A model generated the notes under the pieces. It worked only from the letters and a program-made list of their open reading frames with translations, ran no database searches and had not been told where the DNA came from. Position numbers and translations under genes: made by a program. A stretch of 63,874 bases of DNA, filler included. It is 5 parts of 5 records of this genome, joined end to end, with 100 filler letters (N's around TTAATTAATTAA, not from the genome) between each part and the next. Parts side by side here need not be neighbours in the genome. Positions count along the whole stretch, not along the records: positions 15,939 to 31,727 come from DRR723986_4040; positions 31,828 to 51,616 come from DRR723986_4041; 3 more parts are not named here. The stretch is one strand, 5' to 3'. This document shows, piece after piece, positions 25,715 to 35,493 of this stretch. Numbering within the stretch: the first letter of the stretch is position 1; each line of letters opens with the position of its first letter.

Positions 25715-27031
25715 CTAGAGCCGCACACCACAGGCTTCGGCCAGATACAGACCGAAGTGGTAAACATCTTCATAACTGTTGTAGAGCGGCGCGGGCGCAC
25801 CGCGAATCACGTCCGGCTCGCGCCAGTCGAGCACACAGCCACGTGCCGTTAAATGGTCAAACACTTTGCGGCCGCGGCCCGGCACAATAATCGAAAGCTG
25901 TGCGCCGCGCTCTGTTCGCTCGCGCGGAGTAATAATTGTCGGTTTATCCTGCGGTACGGCTGCCGAAACGCGGTCCACCAAAAATTCCATGTAAGCGGTG
26001 ATATGATCGCGTTTGGCGGCGATGGCCGGCATGCCGACTTCGTCAAACACGTCCAGCGATGCGCGATGTGCCGCCATCGAAAGCACCGGAGCATTGCTCA
26101 GCTGCCAGCCCTGCGCGCCGGCTTCGGGCCGGAATCCCTTTTTCATCTCAAAACGCTCAGACTCGCTGTTGCCCCACCAGCCCGCAAATCGCGGTGTTGC
26201 TGGATCGTTGCCGTGGCGCTCGTGGATATAAACGCCGGAAACCCCGCCGGGGCCGGAGTTGAGATATTTGTAGGAGCACCATGTGGCAAAATCGACATCC
26301 CAGTCGTGCAGCTGCAATTCCACGTTGCCGGCCGCATGTGCCAGGTCAAAACCGACCAGTGCTCCAACGGCATGGCCGGCGGCCGTAATTGCGGGCATGT
26401 CAAATAACTGGCCCGTGTAATATTGCACACCGGCCATCATGACCAGCGCCAGTTCATCCCCGGTTTCGCTGATTTTTGCCAGAATGTCTTCGCTGCGCAG
26501 AGTATGTTCACCCTCACGCGGCCACAGCTCTATCAGGCATTCATCCGGATCGAGGCCGTGGTGTCTGATTTGTGTTTCGAGCGCATACTGATCGGATGGG
26601 AAGGCACCGCCTTCGGTGATGATCTTGCGCCGTTTGCCGGTGGGGCGGTAGAAGCTGACCATCAGGAGGTGCAGGTTGACCGTCAGCTGATTCATCGACA
26701 CAACTTCTTGCGGCTGTGCGCCGCAAATGCGTGCAAGCGACTTACTGAACATTTTGTGATACGAGAGCCAGGGCTCGCGCTCGGGGGCGTCGGCGCTGCG
26801 CTCAAAGTGGCCTTCCACGCCTTTTGCGGCCCAGATGTCCAGTTCGCGCAAAAGATACTCGCGCGTTGTTTTGGTCTGCAGGCCCAGGCTGTTGCCCGTA
26901 AAGTAATAACACGGTTTGCCGTCATGCAGCGGAATGTGAAAGCGCGCGCGGATGGGAGCCAATGTGTCCTGCGCATCCTGCGAGCGTGCGTACTCCAGCG
27001 TGGCTTCAAAAGCCGAAATATCTGTCGTCAT
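25715..27031 (-). CDS. kynU: kynureninase
   Basis: YFTGNSLGLQ, MNQLTVNLHLLMVSFY, AFPSDQYA, FDLAHAAGN, WCSYKYLNSGPG, GWWG. Confidence 0.96.
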   Translation of the reverse strand: MTTDISAFEATLEYARSQDAQDTLAPIRARFHIPLHDGKPCYYFTGNSLGLQTKTTREYLLRELDIWAAKGVEGHFERSADAPEREPWLSYHKMFSKSLARICGAQPQEVVSMNQLTVNLHLLMVSFYRPTGKRRKIITEGGAFPSDQYALETQIRHHGLDPDECLIELWPREGEHTLRSEDILAKISETGDELALVMMAGVQYYTGQLFDMPAITAAGHAVGALVGFDLAHAAGNVELQLHDWDVDFATWCSYKYLNSGPGGVSGVYIHERHGNDPATPRFAGWWGNSESERFEMKKGFRPEAGAQGWQLSNAPVLSMAAHRASLDVFDEVGMPAIAAKRDHITAYMEFLVDRVSAAVPQDKPTIITPRERTERGAQLSIIVPGRGRKVFDHLTARGCVLDWREPDVIRGAPAPLYNSYEDVYHFGLYLAEACGVRL

Positions 27032-27045
27032 AAAAACCTGGATCC

Positions 27046-27094
27046 AAAAAACGTAAAACTCGCGTCACGGGAATTTTGGGCCCGGGACGCGAGT
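27046..27094 (-). terminator. possible terminator or attenuator hairpin between ACMSD and kynU
   Basis: ACTCGCGTC (27058-27066) pairs with GACGCGAGT (27086-27094); followed on the minus strand by TTTACGTTTTTT. Confidence 0.5.
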
Positions 27095-27123
27095 GTAATT
27101 ATTGAGCATTTCAACGGCCCTAC

Positions 27124-28155
27124 CTAGCGGACGTAGTCCTGTGGGTCGAGTCCCAGGAATTCAAATCCCGATTGACAGAGCAGGTTGGATTTGACTTCGG
27201 CCGAGAGGTCATCCATCTCTTCGATAAACTTGCCATGTTCCAGATCACCCAGCGGAAAGGGGTAATCGGTGCCATAGGCAATCCGATTGCTGCCAACTAC
27301 ACTGAGCGTGTACCTGAGTGCATCCTGATCATGTGTAATGCCGTCAACCCAGAACGCGCCGGCATATTCCTTGGGATGGCGTACATCGTTGAGGTTGACC
27401 AGATCCTGGCGGCAGTTGTAGCCGTGTTCGATACGGCCCAGAGTGTGCGGCCAGGAGCCACCGCCATGTGCAAACAGCACGCGCAGTTTGGGAAAGCGGT
27501 CAAAAACCCCGCCGAACATCATCGAGCAAATAGCGCGCGAGGTTTCAGCCGGCATGCCTACCAGCCAGGGAAGCCAGTATTTGCGCATCTGGTCCCGTCC
27601 CATCATTTCCCATGGGTGTACCATAATTGCACAGCCCAGCTCTTCGGCAGCTTCGTAGAAAGGAAAAAACTCTTCTTCGTCCAGGTTTTTGCCCAGAATG
27701 TTCGAGCCAATCTGCAGGCCCGGCAAATTCAGCTCCTTGACGCAGCGCTCCATCTCCTGAATTGCAAAACGCGGCTCCTGCATCGGCACCGTACCCAGGC
27801 TGATAAATCGCTTGGGGTATTTAGTCTGAATCGCGGCGATGTGGTCGTTCAGGAAGCGCGACCATTCCAGTGTGTCTTTGGGCTGGGCCCAGTAATTGAA
27901 TAGGACCGGAATAGTGCAGAGCGTCATGACGTCTACATTATGTGCATCCATCTCCGGCAGAATTGCTTCAGGGTCCCAGCAATTTTGTTTGACTTCGCGG
28001 AAGAAAAAACCGTCGTCGCGCATCATCTTGGCGCGGCCGGGCATAAAGTGATCGAGTTTGATAAAGCCGCCATAGCCAAACTTCTTTTTGAGGTCCGGCC
28101 AGGTCTCAGGCATAATGTGGGCGTGGATATCCAGTTTGAGATTGGGCAATGCCAT
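27124..28155 (-). CDS. nbaD: 2-amino-3-carboxymuconate-6-semialdehyde decarboxylase (ACMSD)
   Basis: DIHAHIMPETWPDL, NCWDP, VHPWEMMG, WLPWLVGMPAET, AHGGG, GTDYPFPLG. Confidence 0.93.
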   Translation of the reverse strand: MALPNLKLDIHAHIMPETWPDLKKKFGYGGFIKLDHFMPGRAKMMRDDGFFFREVKQNCWDPEAILPEMDAHNVDVMTLCTIPVLFNYWAQPKDTLEWSRFLNDHIAAIQTKYPKRFISLGTVPMQEPRFAIQEMERCVKELNLPGLQIGSNILGKNLDEEEFFPFYEAAEELGCAIMVHPWEMMGRDQMRKYWLPWLVGMPAETSRAICSMMFGGVFDRFPKLRVLFAHGGGSWPHTLGRIEHGYNCRQDLVNLNDVRHPKEYAGAFWVDGITHDQDALRYTLSVVGSNRIAYGTDYPFPLGDLEHGKFIEEMDDLSAEVKSNLLCQSGFEFLGLDPQDYVR

Positions 28156-28290
28156 GCAGACAAACCTTGCGCGTTACGAGTGAACAGAGCTGAAGCTTGG
28201 AAGTAATTTCGGTCGGCCATCAAATACGTGTTCTCACAGCGGCACTGCTGCTGTTGTGGGCGGTGCCGTGATCTGTATTATGCGAACAAG

Positions 28291-28806
28291 CTATTGAGGA
28301 GGCTGCATCACCGTGCCACAGTTTGAGCAGGTGCGCGCATTTTCATTGGAATAGTAGCGCTCAAAGATTGCCTGGAACTGCGTTACGATATTTTCCAGCT
28401 GAAAATATTCCTCGTACAGCTTGGAGTTGCAGTTCTCGCAGAACCACATTAGCCCGTCGCGTTCATCTTCGCGCCGGCGCCGCTCAATCACCAGCCCAAC
28501 GCTGCCTTCGGAGCGCTGCGGGGAATGCGGTATGCGTTCCGGCAGCAGAAAAATTTCACCCTCGCGGATATTGATGTCGCGGATTTTGCCTTCTTCCTCA
28601 ACGCTGACAACGATGTCGCCCTCAACCTGATAGAAGAATTCTTCGCTTTCATTGTAGTGAAAATCTTTGCGCAAATTGGGGCCACCAACGACCATAATTA
28701 TGAACTCGGTGTCCTCGTAAACCACTTGATTCCCAACGGGCGGTTTGAGGAGGTGTCGGTGTTCGTCAATCCATTTAATGAAGTTAATAGGAGGTAGCAT
28801 AGCCAC
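28291..28806 (-). CDS. nbaC: 3-hydroxyanthranilate 3,4-dioxygenase
   Basis: LLKPPVGN, VGGPNLRKDFH, EEFFYQ, PHSPQR, CxxC...CxxC rubredoxin-like site. Confidence 0.96.
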   Translation of the reverse strand: MAMLPPINFIKWIDEHRHLLKPPVGNQVVYEDTEFIIMVVGGPNLRKDFHYNESEEFFYQVEGDIVVSVEEEGKIRDINIREGEIFLLPERIPHSPQRSEGSVGLVIERRRREDERDGLMWFCENCNSKLYEEYFQLENIVTQFQAIFERYYSNENARTCSNCGTVMQPPQ

Positions 28807-28925
28807 GGTATCACCTCGGTTTATCGTCTACTTATACATATCGATAGTTTGCTTCCACTCACCAAAGCCGTAATTTCGCACTATTTCATTAAGACGACAA
28901 GTTTTGCGGAAAGGACGACTCAGCT

Positions 28926-29714
28926 ATGCAGATGAATCTGGAAGGGAAACACGCCCTGGTTGGCGGCGCATCGCGCGGTATTGGCCGTGCAATCGCAGAA
29001 GGATTGGCACAGTGTGGTGCGTCCGTAACTTTAATGGCGCGCAGCGCCGAGTTGTTGGGCGAAGTCTGTGAAGGCCTGTCGCGCGGCGTCTCTCAATCAC
29101 ACGACTGGATTGCCGTAGATTTTGACAAGCCGGCCGAGTTGCAGGCCGCCGTCCAAAAGCGTTTTGGCGTTGACGACAAGCTACACATCCTGATCAACAA
29201 TACTGGTGGTCCCGCCGGCGGCCCGGCACATGTTGCCGACGTGTCCGAGTACGAAGCTGCCTTCCGCCGCCATTTGATTTGTAATCAAATTCTGGCCCAG
29301 TCCTGTATTCCACACATGCGCTCCGCCAAATATGGACGCATCCTGAATGTGATCTCTACGTCTGTCAAACAGCCAATTCCAGGCCTGGGCGTATCCAACA
29401 CCATCCGTGGTGCCGTCGCAAATTGGGCTAAAACGCTTGCGACTGAGTTGGGACCCGACGGAATTACCGTCAATAACATCCTGCCCGGAGCAACTGCAAC
29501 TGACAGATTGGACGCAATTCTGAACAAAAAAGCCGAAAAACTTGGGATCAGCTCGGAAGAAGTTGCGGCCACAACCCGCAAACAAATTCCGGCGCAGCGT
29601 TTTGCTGAGGCCTGGGAAGTTGCCGCCGCAGCTGTGTTCCTGGCGTCGCCGCTGGCCGCATATATTAACGGTATTAACGTGCCGGTTGACGGTGGCCGCA
29701 CCGCCTGCCTCTAA
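28926..29714 (+). CDS. SDR family oxidoreductase
   Basis: GASRGIG, NNTGGP, STSVKQP, SNTIRGA (no YxxxK), NNILPG, VDGG. Confidence 0.9.
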   Translation: MQMNLEGKHALVGGASRGIGRAIAEGLAQCGASVTLMARSAELLGEVCEGLSRGVSQSHDWIAVDFDKPAELQAAVQKRFGVDDKLHILINNTGGPAGGPAHVADVSEYEAAFRRHLICNQILAQSCIPHMRSAKYGRILNVISTSVKQPIPGLGVSNTIRGAVANWAKTLATELGPDGITVNNILPGATATDRLDAILNKKAEKLGISSEEVAATTRKQIPAQRFAEAWEVAAAAVFLASPLAAYINGINVPVDGGRTACL

Positions 29715-29826
29715 TCTGAAGCAGTCCTGCGCGATTTGAATGTTAGGGACCGGGAGTGTTTAACAGCATTCCCGCGTCCACAACATTAACGAATCGGACG
29801 GTGGATTGAGTAACAGAGAGGTCAAT

Positions 29827-29862
29827 AGCAAGATTAACAGCAAGATTAACATTAAGATCAAC
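29827..29862 (+). repeat. 12-bp tandem repeat x3
   Basis: AGCAAGATTAAC AGCAAGATTAAC ATTAAGATCAAC. Confidence 0.7.
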
Positions 29863-29918
29863 AGTTTGGCCTGGATTTAACATTTTTGTCCTTAACGCTA
29901 TTTTACCTGAGTGCACCT

Positions 29919-31361
29919 ATGCTGACCCTGCAGAATTATATTGGCGGCGAATTGCTGGACCCACAGTCCGGTTCATATCTCGACAACTTTGAACCGGCGA
30001 CCGGCAAAGTCTACAGCCGCATCCCAGCTTCGAATGCAGCGGACGTAGCGGCGGCAGTTAAAGCGGCGCAATTGGCATTCCCAGCCTGGTCAAAAATGGA
30101 CGCAGCCAAACGCGGCGCACACATGTTGCGCGTAGCCGAACTGGTACAGCAAAAACTGGAACCTCTGGCGGCGGCGGAGTCGCGTGACAACGGTAAACCC
30201 GAGTGGCTGGCCAAACGTGTTGACATTCCGCGCGCGTCCGAGAACTTTCGATTTTTTGGAACAGCGATTGAACATTTTACGGCCGAGTCACATGCGATGG
30301 CCGACGGCAGTATTAACTATACGCTGCGCAAACCGATTGGCGTGGTTGGTTGTATCTCACCCTGGAACCTGCCGCTGTATTTGTTTACATGGAAAATTGC
30401 TCCGGCAATTGCGGCGGGCAATTGTGTTGTCGCCAAACCATCCGAAATCACGCCGATGACGGCTTTTATGTTTTCTGAGATTTGCCGCGAAGCCGGTTTG
30501 CCGCCCGGCGTACTTAACATTGTGCATGGCGACGGTGGTGGCGCGGGCAGCGCAATTGTTGAACACCCGGCAATAAAAGCTGTTTCGTTTACCGGCGGAA
30601 CTTCAACAGGTAAACACATCGCTTCGGTGGCTGCGCCAATGTTTAAAAAACTCTCACTGGAACTCGGCGGAAAAAATGCAACGATGGTCTTTGCCGACTG
30701 CGACTTTGAGCGGACTGTGGCGGAGACTGTACGCGCGTCCTTTGCCAATCAGGGCGAAATCTGTCTATGTGGTTCGCGCATTCTGGTTGAAGACACTATC
30801 TACGAGCGTTACCGCGATGCGTTTATAGCTGAAGTTAACAAATTAAATGTTGGCGATCCGATGCTGGCCGAGAGCAAACAAGGCGCGCTGGTTTCCGAAA
30901 GCCACATGCAGAAAGTTTTAAACTATATCGAGTTGGCTAAAGAAGAAGGCGGTACGGTTTTAACCGGCGGGCATCAGGTTAACGTTTCGGGCCGCTGCGC
31001 CGAAGGCTGGTTTGTAGCGCCAACAGTAATCGAAGGTTTGGGGCCGCAGTGCCGCACCAACCAGGAAGAGATATTCGGTCCCGTTGTCACCATTCAAAAA
31101 TTTAGCTCCGAGCAGGACGCGATAAACAACGCCAACAGCACCGACTACGGTCTGGCGTTTAACATTTGGACGGAATCGGTGCATCGCGCGCACAGAGTAG
31201 CCGCACAACTGGAAAGTGGCATCGTTTGGATTAACTGCTGGCTCAAACGCGATTTGCGTACACCTTTTGGCGGCGTTAAGAACTCAGGCGTTGGGCGCGA
31301 GGGCGGCTGGGAGGCTCTGCGTTTTTTTACTGAACCACAGAATATTTGTGTGGGCGCGTGA
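29919..31361 (+). CDS. aldehyde dehydrogenase, probable 2-aminomuconate 6-semialdehyde dehydrogenase (ALDH8 type)
   Basis: ISPWNLPLYLFTWKIAPA, SFTGGT, LELGGKN, NQGEICLCGSR, EEIFGPV, RDLRTPFGG; sits in the kynurenine cluster. Confidence 0.88.
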   Translation: MLTLQNYIGGELLDPQSGSYLDNFEPATGKVYSRIPASNAADVAAAVKAAQLAFPAWSKMDAAKRGAHMLRVAELVQQKLEPLAAAESRDNGKPEWLAKRVDIPRASENFRFFGTAIEHFTAESHAMADGSINYTLRKPIGVVGCISPWNLPLYLFTWKIAPAIAAGNCVVAKPSEITPMTAFMFSEICREAGLPPGVLNIVHGDGGGAGSAIVEHPAIKAVSFTGGTSTGKHIASVAAPMFKKLSLELGGKNATMVFADCDFERTVAETVRASFANQGEICLCGSRILVEDTIYERYRDAFIAEVNKLNVGDPMLAESKQGALVSESHMQKVLNYIELAKEEGGTVLTGGHQVNVSGRCAEGWFVAPTVIEGLGPQCRTNQEEIFGPVVTIQKFSSEQDAINNANSTDYGLAFNIWTESVHRAHRVAAQLESGIVWINCWLKRDLRTPFGGVKNSGVGREGGWEALRFFTEPQNICVGA

Positions 31362-31432
31362 TCTGTATCTGAAATGTTAATAGTTTAAGTGTGGTGGTTC
31401 TAGAGCTGATGGCGCTTCGCCGTCATACTTCC

Positions 31433-31463
31433 GGCTTGCTGTTTGTTTTTGTTAATCTTTGGG
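31433..31463 (-). repeat. dispersed intergenic repeat, copy 4
   Basis: minus strand reads CCCAAAGATTAACAAAAACAAACAGCAAGCC, 27/31 identical to 20589-20619. Confidence 0.7.
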
Positions 31464-31727
31464 TTTGCATCCTGGAGAGATTAAGACTGCCGGAAGCACC
31501 GAATTGTGAATTGGCTAAATCTCTTATGCTCTTGCGGACTTGTGTACTTGCCGGCTTCGAGTCTCAAGTCTTTGGGCTCAGAGGCTGAAGTCCGGACTGG
31601 AGGCTCTGAGATTTGTGACTGGAATTGCAGGCTGGAGAATTGTGGTTGTTTATGGGTGAATGTTATCCAGAATTCACTGGGTTTCAGCCTTCGAGATAAC
31701 AGGATCCAGCCCTAAGGGCTCGACCCT

Positions 31728-31827
31728 NNNNNNNNNNNNNNNNNNNNNNNNNNNNNNNNNNNNNNNNNNNNTTAATTAATTAANNNNNNNNNNNNNNNNN
31801 NNNNNNNNNNNNNNNNNNNNNNNNNNN
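31728..31827. other. artificial contig junction
   Basis: N run with TTAATTAATTAA. Confidence 0.98.
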
Positions 31828-33357
31828 GCGCTCTTGGGAGTGCCTTGGGTGTTGTCATTTGCCCCCCATTCACTTTGGTGGCTTGGTTTGCTGTTACTTG
31901 CCTTGTTGCCTTTTGTCGCACGGAAAACCGGTAAACCTTGGCTTGTAGGCTTGGCATTTGGATGGTCGGCATATGGCTTCGGTGTGTCATGGTTGCACAT
32001 CAGCCTGCACACTTATGGCGGTTTACCCTCCATGCTGGCTTGGGTCGCGGTCGCAGCTTTTACCCTTTACCTCGCAGTATTCCCTGCGCTGGCTTTGTGG
32101 TTATACGATCGCTTCGCCACTCTGGAGGCTGAATCGCTGCCAGGTGCGGCGTTCAACGCCTCGCTTTGGGCTGCATTGTGGACTTTTTTCGAGTGGGCCC
32201 GGGGCACATTCATGACTGGTTTCGCATGGCTTGGGCTGGGCGATGCTCTTGTGGATTCTCCTTTTGCCAACCTGTTGCCTTGGTTGGGGAGTTACGGCAG
32301 TTTGTTTGTCTTGATGCTGTTTGCTCACCTTCTCCTGTCTGTTGCTTTCAAGCGCCGGCTTGACACTATGCTGGCTGCCGCAGCAGTGCTGGGCAGTTTG
32401 CTGGTGTTGGTACAGGTTCCTGTCAAAACCCAAATTGCGAGTCCGCTGAGTGTAGTTGGTGTTCAAACCAATGTTGATCAAAGTATCAAGTTTGATCCTG
32501 ATCTGATTGTGTCCAACATGCAAAAAGCATTTGCCTTGGGGGAACTGGCCAAGGAGCAGCTGGCGAATCAGGGGGGCGGTTTGCTAGTTTTTCCAGAAAC
32601 CGTGAATCCATTGGTATGGACCGACACACCGGTTGAATGGCGTACCACCTTTCGTGATTTTGCTACCCCGGGCGAGACAACGGTGATCATGGGGTCGGCC
32701 ATTCAAGAGGGGTCGCAGTATTTCAATTCAATCGTGATGTTTCAAGGTGATGAATCACTGGAGGCGCTTGAGGTGCCTGAAACACGCCACGACAAAAGGC
32801 ATCTGGTGCCGTTTGGTGAGTTTATTCCGCTTGGCTTCAAGTGGTTTGTGGCGATGTTGAACATGCCCATGGGAGAGTTCACCTCTGGCTCGGGGCCGCT
32901 AAAACCCTTTTTGGTCAATGGCAACGCTCTAGCCTCCACCGTGTGTTACGAAGATATTTTTAGCGGTGAGTTTGCCGGGCTGGTCGCCAATTCCACCCAA
33001 GAGCCCTCCATTTTTGTGAATTTGAGCAATCTTGCGTGGTTTGGCCAGTCTTGGGCGCTTGATCAGCATGCCCAAATGGGGCGCACTCGGTCGGCTGAAC
33101 ATCGCAAGCCAGGATTGCGCGTCACCAACACAGGTGTTTCAGGCATTGTGAACGAGCAGGGGCAATGGATCTACCGTGTTGAACCTGGGCAGGCCCTGCT
33201 GTGGTCGGGCCAAATCGAAGGCCGATTGGGGCAAACCTTCTTTGCAAAGTGGGGCGATCGCCTGTGGTTTTCAATTTGGGGAGTAGTCCTTCTACTGCTG
33301 TGCGTGCGTGAATGGCGCTTGAGGGCTTACAATAGAGCCCATTCAATCAATCCGTAA
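31828..33357 (+). CDS. lnt: apolipoprotein N-acyltransferase (5' end cut by the contig edge)
   Basis: [51 protein letters not shown]. Confidence 0.93.
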   Translation, partial: ALLGVPWVLSFAPHSLWWLGLLLLALLPFVARKTGKPWLVGLAFGWSAYGFGVSWLHISLHTYGGLPSMLAWVAVAAFTLYLAVFPALALWLYDRFATLEAESLPGAAFNASLWAALWTFFEWARGTFMTGFAWLGLGDALVDSPFANLLPWLGSYGSLFVLMLFAHLLLSVAFKRRLDTMLAAAAVLGSLLVLVQVPVKTQIASPLSVVGVQTNVDQSIKFDPDLIVSNMQKAFALGELAKEQLANQGGGLLVFPETVNPLVWTDTPVEWRTTFRDFATPGETTVIMGSAIQEGSQYFNSIVMFQGDESLEALEVPETRHDKRHLVPFGEFIPLGFKWFVAMLNMPMGEFTSGSGPLKPFLVNGNALASTVCYEDIFSGEFAGLVANSTQEPSIFVNLSNLAWFGQSWALDQHAQMGRTRSAEHRKPGLRVTNTGVSGIVNEQGQWIYRVEPGQALLWSGQIEGRLGQTFFAKWGDRLWFSIWGVVLLLLCVREWRLRAYNRAHSINP

Positions 33358-33369
33358 AGTTTAAAAGCC

Positions 33370-34494
33370 ATGTCAATCAGTCCAGTCAACGAAATCGTTG
33401 AAGAAATGCGTGCGGGTCGCATGGTCATTCTCGTTGACGAGGAAGACCGTGAAAACGAGGGGGATCTCGTGCTGGCCGCCGACTTTGTTACGCCAGAGGC
33501 CATCAATTTCATGGCCAAGTATGGTCGTGGTCTCATTTGCCTGACATTGACCGAGGCCCGCTGCCGCGAGCTTGGTTTGCGCCCTATGGTTGCAGCCAAC
33601 GGCTCCTCTCACGGTACCAATTTCACCGTCTCCATCGAAGCAGCGGAAGGTGTGTCCACAGGTATTTCTGCGGCCGATCGGTCCCACACCATTCGTATCG
33701 CGGTGAACAAGAACTCCAAGCCAGAAGACCTGGTACAACCTGGTCATGTTTTTCCCCTGACCGCGGTAAATGGTGGGGTACTCATGCGAGCTGGTCATAC
33801 CGAAGCGGGTTGCGATCTGGCTGCCATGGCTGGCCTTAGTCCTGCCTCCGTCATTTGTGAAATCATGAAAGACGATGGCACCATGGCCCGGTTGCCTGAT
33901 TTGGTGGAGTTTGCCAAAGAACACAACTTGAAGATCGGCACCATCGCGGATCTTATTCAGTACCGCAGCACCAAAGAGTCACTGATCGAGCGCATGCACG
34001 AACGTGTCATTGACACCGTGCAGGGCCGGTTCAAATGTATTTCTTTCCGCGACAAGCCCACAGGCAGCGCACACTTTGCCCTGGTGTATGGCCAATTGAA
34101 CCCGGACACTGAGGCTTTGGTGCGAGTCCATGAACCCACCTCACTAATCGATTTTCTCGAAGTGAATTTGTCAGAACACTCCTTTTCAATTCCTGCCGCC
34201 ATGAAAAAAGTAGTGGACGAGGGAGCGGGCGTTATTGTGCTTCTGAACTGTGATGTGTCCTCAGACCGTTTGTTGGGGCAGTTCGCTTCGCTTGACGACA
34301 TCGAACAGCGCGGTACAACCGCTCGCAAAGGCGCGGGATCCAACCCTGACTTGCGTACCTATGGTATCGGGGCGCAAATATTGCGCGACCTGGGTGTGAA
34401 CAAAATGAAATTGCTGTCCCGACCACGGAAAATGCCAAGCATGACCGGGTTTGATTTGGAAGTATCAGGTTATGTCAACGGAGAAACGAAATGA
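33370..34494 (+). CDS. ribB: 3,4-dihydroxy-2-butanone-4-phosphate synthase fused to a degenerate GTP cyclohydrolase II-like domain (RibBX type)
   Basis: [37 protein letters not shown]-domain VRVHEP lacks the zinc-binding cysteines. Confidence 0.92.
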   Translation: MSISPVNEIVEEMRAGRMVILVDEEDRENEGDLVLAADFVTPEAINFMAKYGRGLICLTLTEARCRELGLRPMVAANGSSHGTNFTVSIEAAEGVSTGISAADRSHTIRIAVNKNSKPEDLVQPGHVFPLTAVNGGVLMRAGHTEAGCDLAAMAGLSPASVICEIMKDDGTMARLPDLVEFAKEHNLKIGTIADLIQYRSTKESLIERMHERVIDTVQGRFKCISFRDKPTGSAHFALVYGQLNPDTEALVRVHEPTSLIDFLEVNLSEHSFSIPAAMKKVVDEGAGVIVLLNCDVSSDRLLGQFASLDDIEQRGTTARKGAGSNPDLRTYGIGAQILRDLGVNKMKLLSRPRKMPSMTGFDLEVSGYVNGETK

Positions 34495-34997
34495 GCAACA
34501 GTCCAGGAAGTGTGCCTGCTAATTTGAACGGCGATGGCATTCGTGTGGGTGTGGTTCAGGCCCGCTTCAACGAAGAAATTACCAATGGCCTTTGGGCCGC
34601 CTGTTGCAGCGAATTGCTGCGCTTGGGCGTGTTGAATGAAGACATTCTGCACATTACGGTGCCTGGTGCGATGGAAATTCCAATCGCTTTGCAGCGTTTG
34701 GCATTCTCAGGCGAGTTTGATGCACTGATCGCCTTGGGTGCCGTGATCAAGGGCGACACCTACCATTTTGAGATTGTGTGTGGAGAAAGCGCTCGCGGCA
34801 TTTCAAGCGTCGCCTTGGCTCACGATGTGCCGGTAGTCAACATGGTGTTGACTACCTACACCGAGGACCAAGCCATAGAGCGAATCGAGGACAAAGGTGT
34901 CGATGCGGCTCGTTGTGCAGTGGAAATGGGTAATTTGATGATGACGCTGGATGACAATTTACCTGGCGCAGATGATGAGGAAGAAGACGATGAGTGA
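34491..34997 (+). CDS. ribH: 6,7-dimethyl-8-ribityllumazine synthase
   Basis: ARFN, VPGAMEIP, LGAVIKGDTYHFE. Confidence 0.95.
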   Translation: MSNSPGSVPANLNGDGIRVGVVQARFNEEITNGLWAACCSELLRLGVLNEDILHITVPGAMEIPIALQRLAFSGEFDALIALGAVIKGDTYHFEIVCGESARGISSVALAHDVPVVNMVLTTYTEDQAIERIEDKGVDAARCAVEMGNLMMTLDDNLPGADDEEEDDE

Positions 34998-35478
34998 AGC
35001 CAGCAAGCCCGATTCGGGCAAAAGGCAAGGGCACACTCGCAACGCTCGCCGTCGATCTCGTGAATTGGCTTTGCAGGGTTTGTATCAGTGGTTTTTAAAT
35101 CCCACAGAAGTGGGTGAAGTGGATGCGCACATTCGGGATGCTCCTGGTTTCGACAAGGCCGATCGGGAGCACTACGAATCTCTTTTGCATGGTTCGGTTC
35201 ACCATCTGGAAGACTTGATGCACCAAATACAGCCATTTATCGACCGCCCGTGGGGCGAACTCAGTCCGGTTGAAAAAGCTGTGCTGGTGCTGGCCAGTCA
35301 TGAAATGAATACGCACGTTGAAATTCCTTACCGAGTGGTGATCAACGAGGCTGTTGAGTTAACCAAAACTTTTGGCGGTACCGATGCGTTCAAATTCGTC
35401 AATGGTGTGCTTGATAAAGTGGCCGCCCAGGCGCGTGATTCCGAAATCAAGGCTCAGGCGAACAGTCAGTCCAGTTAA
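34990..35478 (+). CDS. nusB: transcription antitermination factor NusB
   Basis: RRRSRELALQGLYQW, VVINEAVELTKTFG, FVNGVLD. Confidence 0.95.
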   Translation: MSEASKPDSGKRQGHTRNARRRSRELALQGLYQWFLNPTEVGEVDAHIRDAPGFDKADREHYESLLHGSVHHLEDLMHQIQPFIDRPWGELSPVEKAVLVLASHEMNTHVEIPYRVVINEAVELTKTFGGTDAFKFVNGVLDKVAAQARDSEIKAQANSQSS

Positions 35479-35493
35479 TACTCAAGGGGCGTT

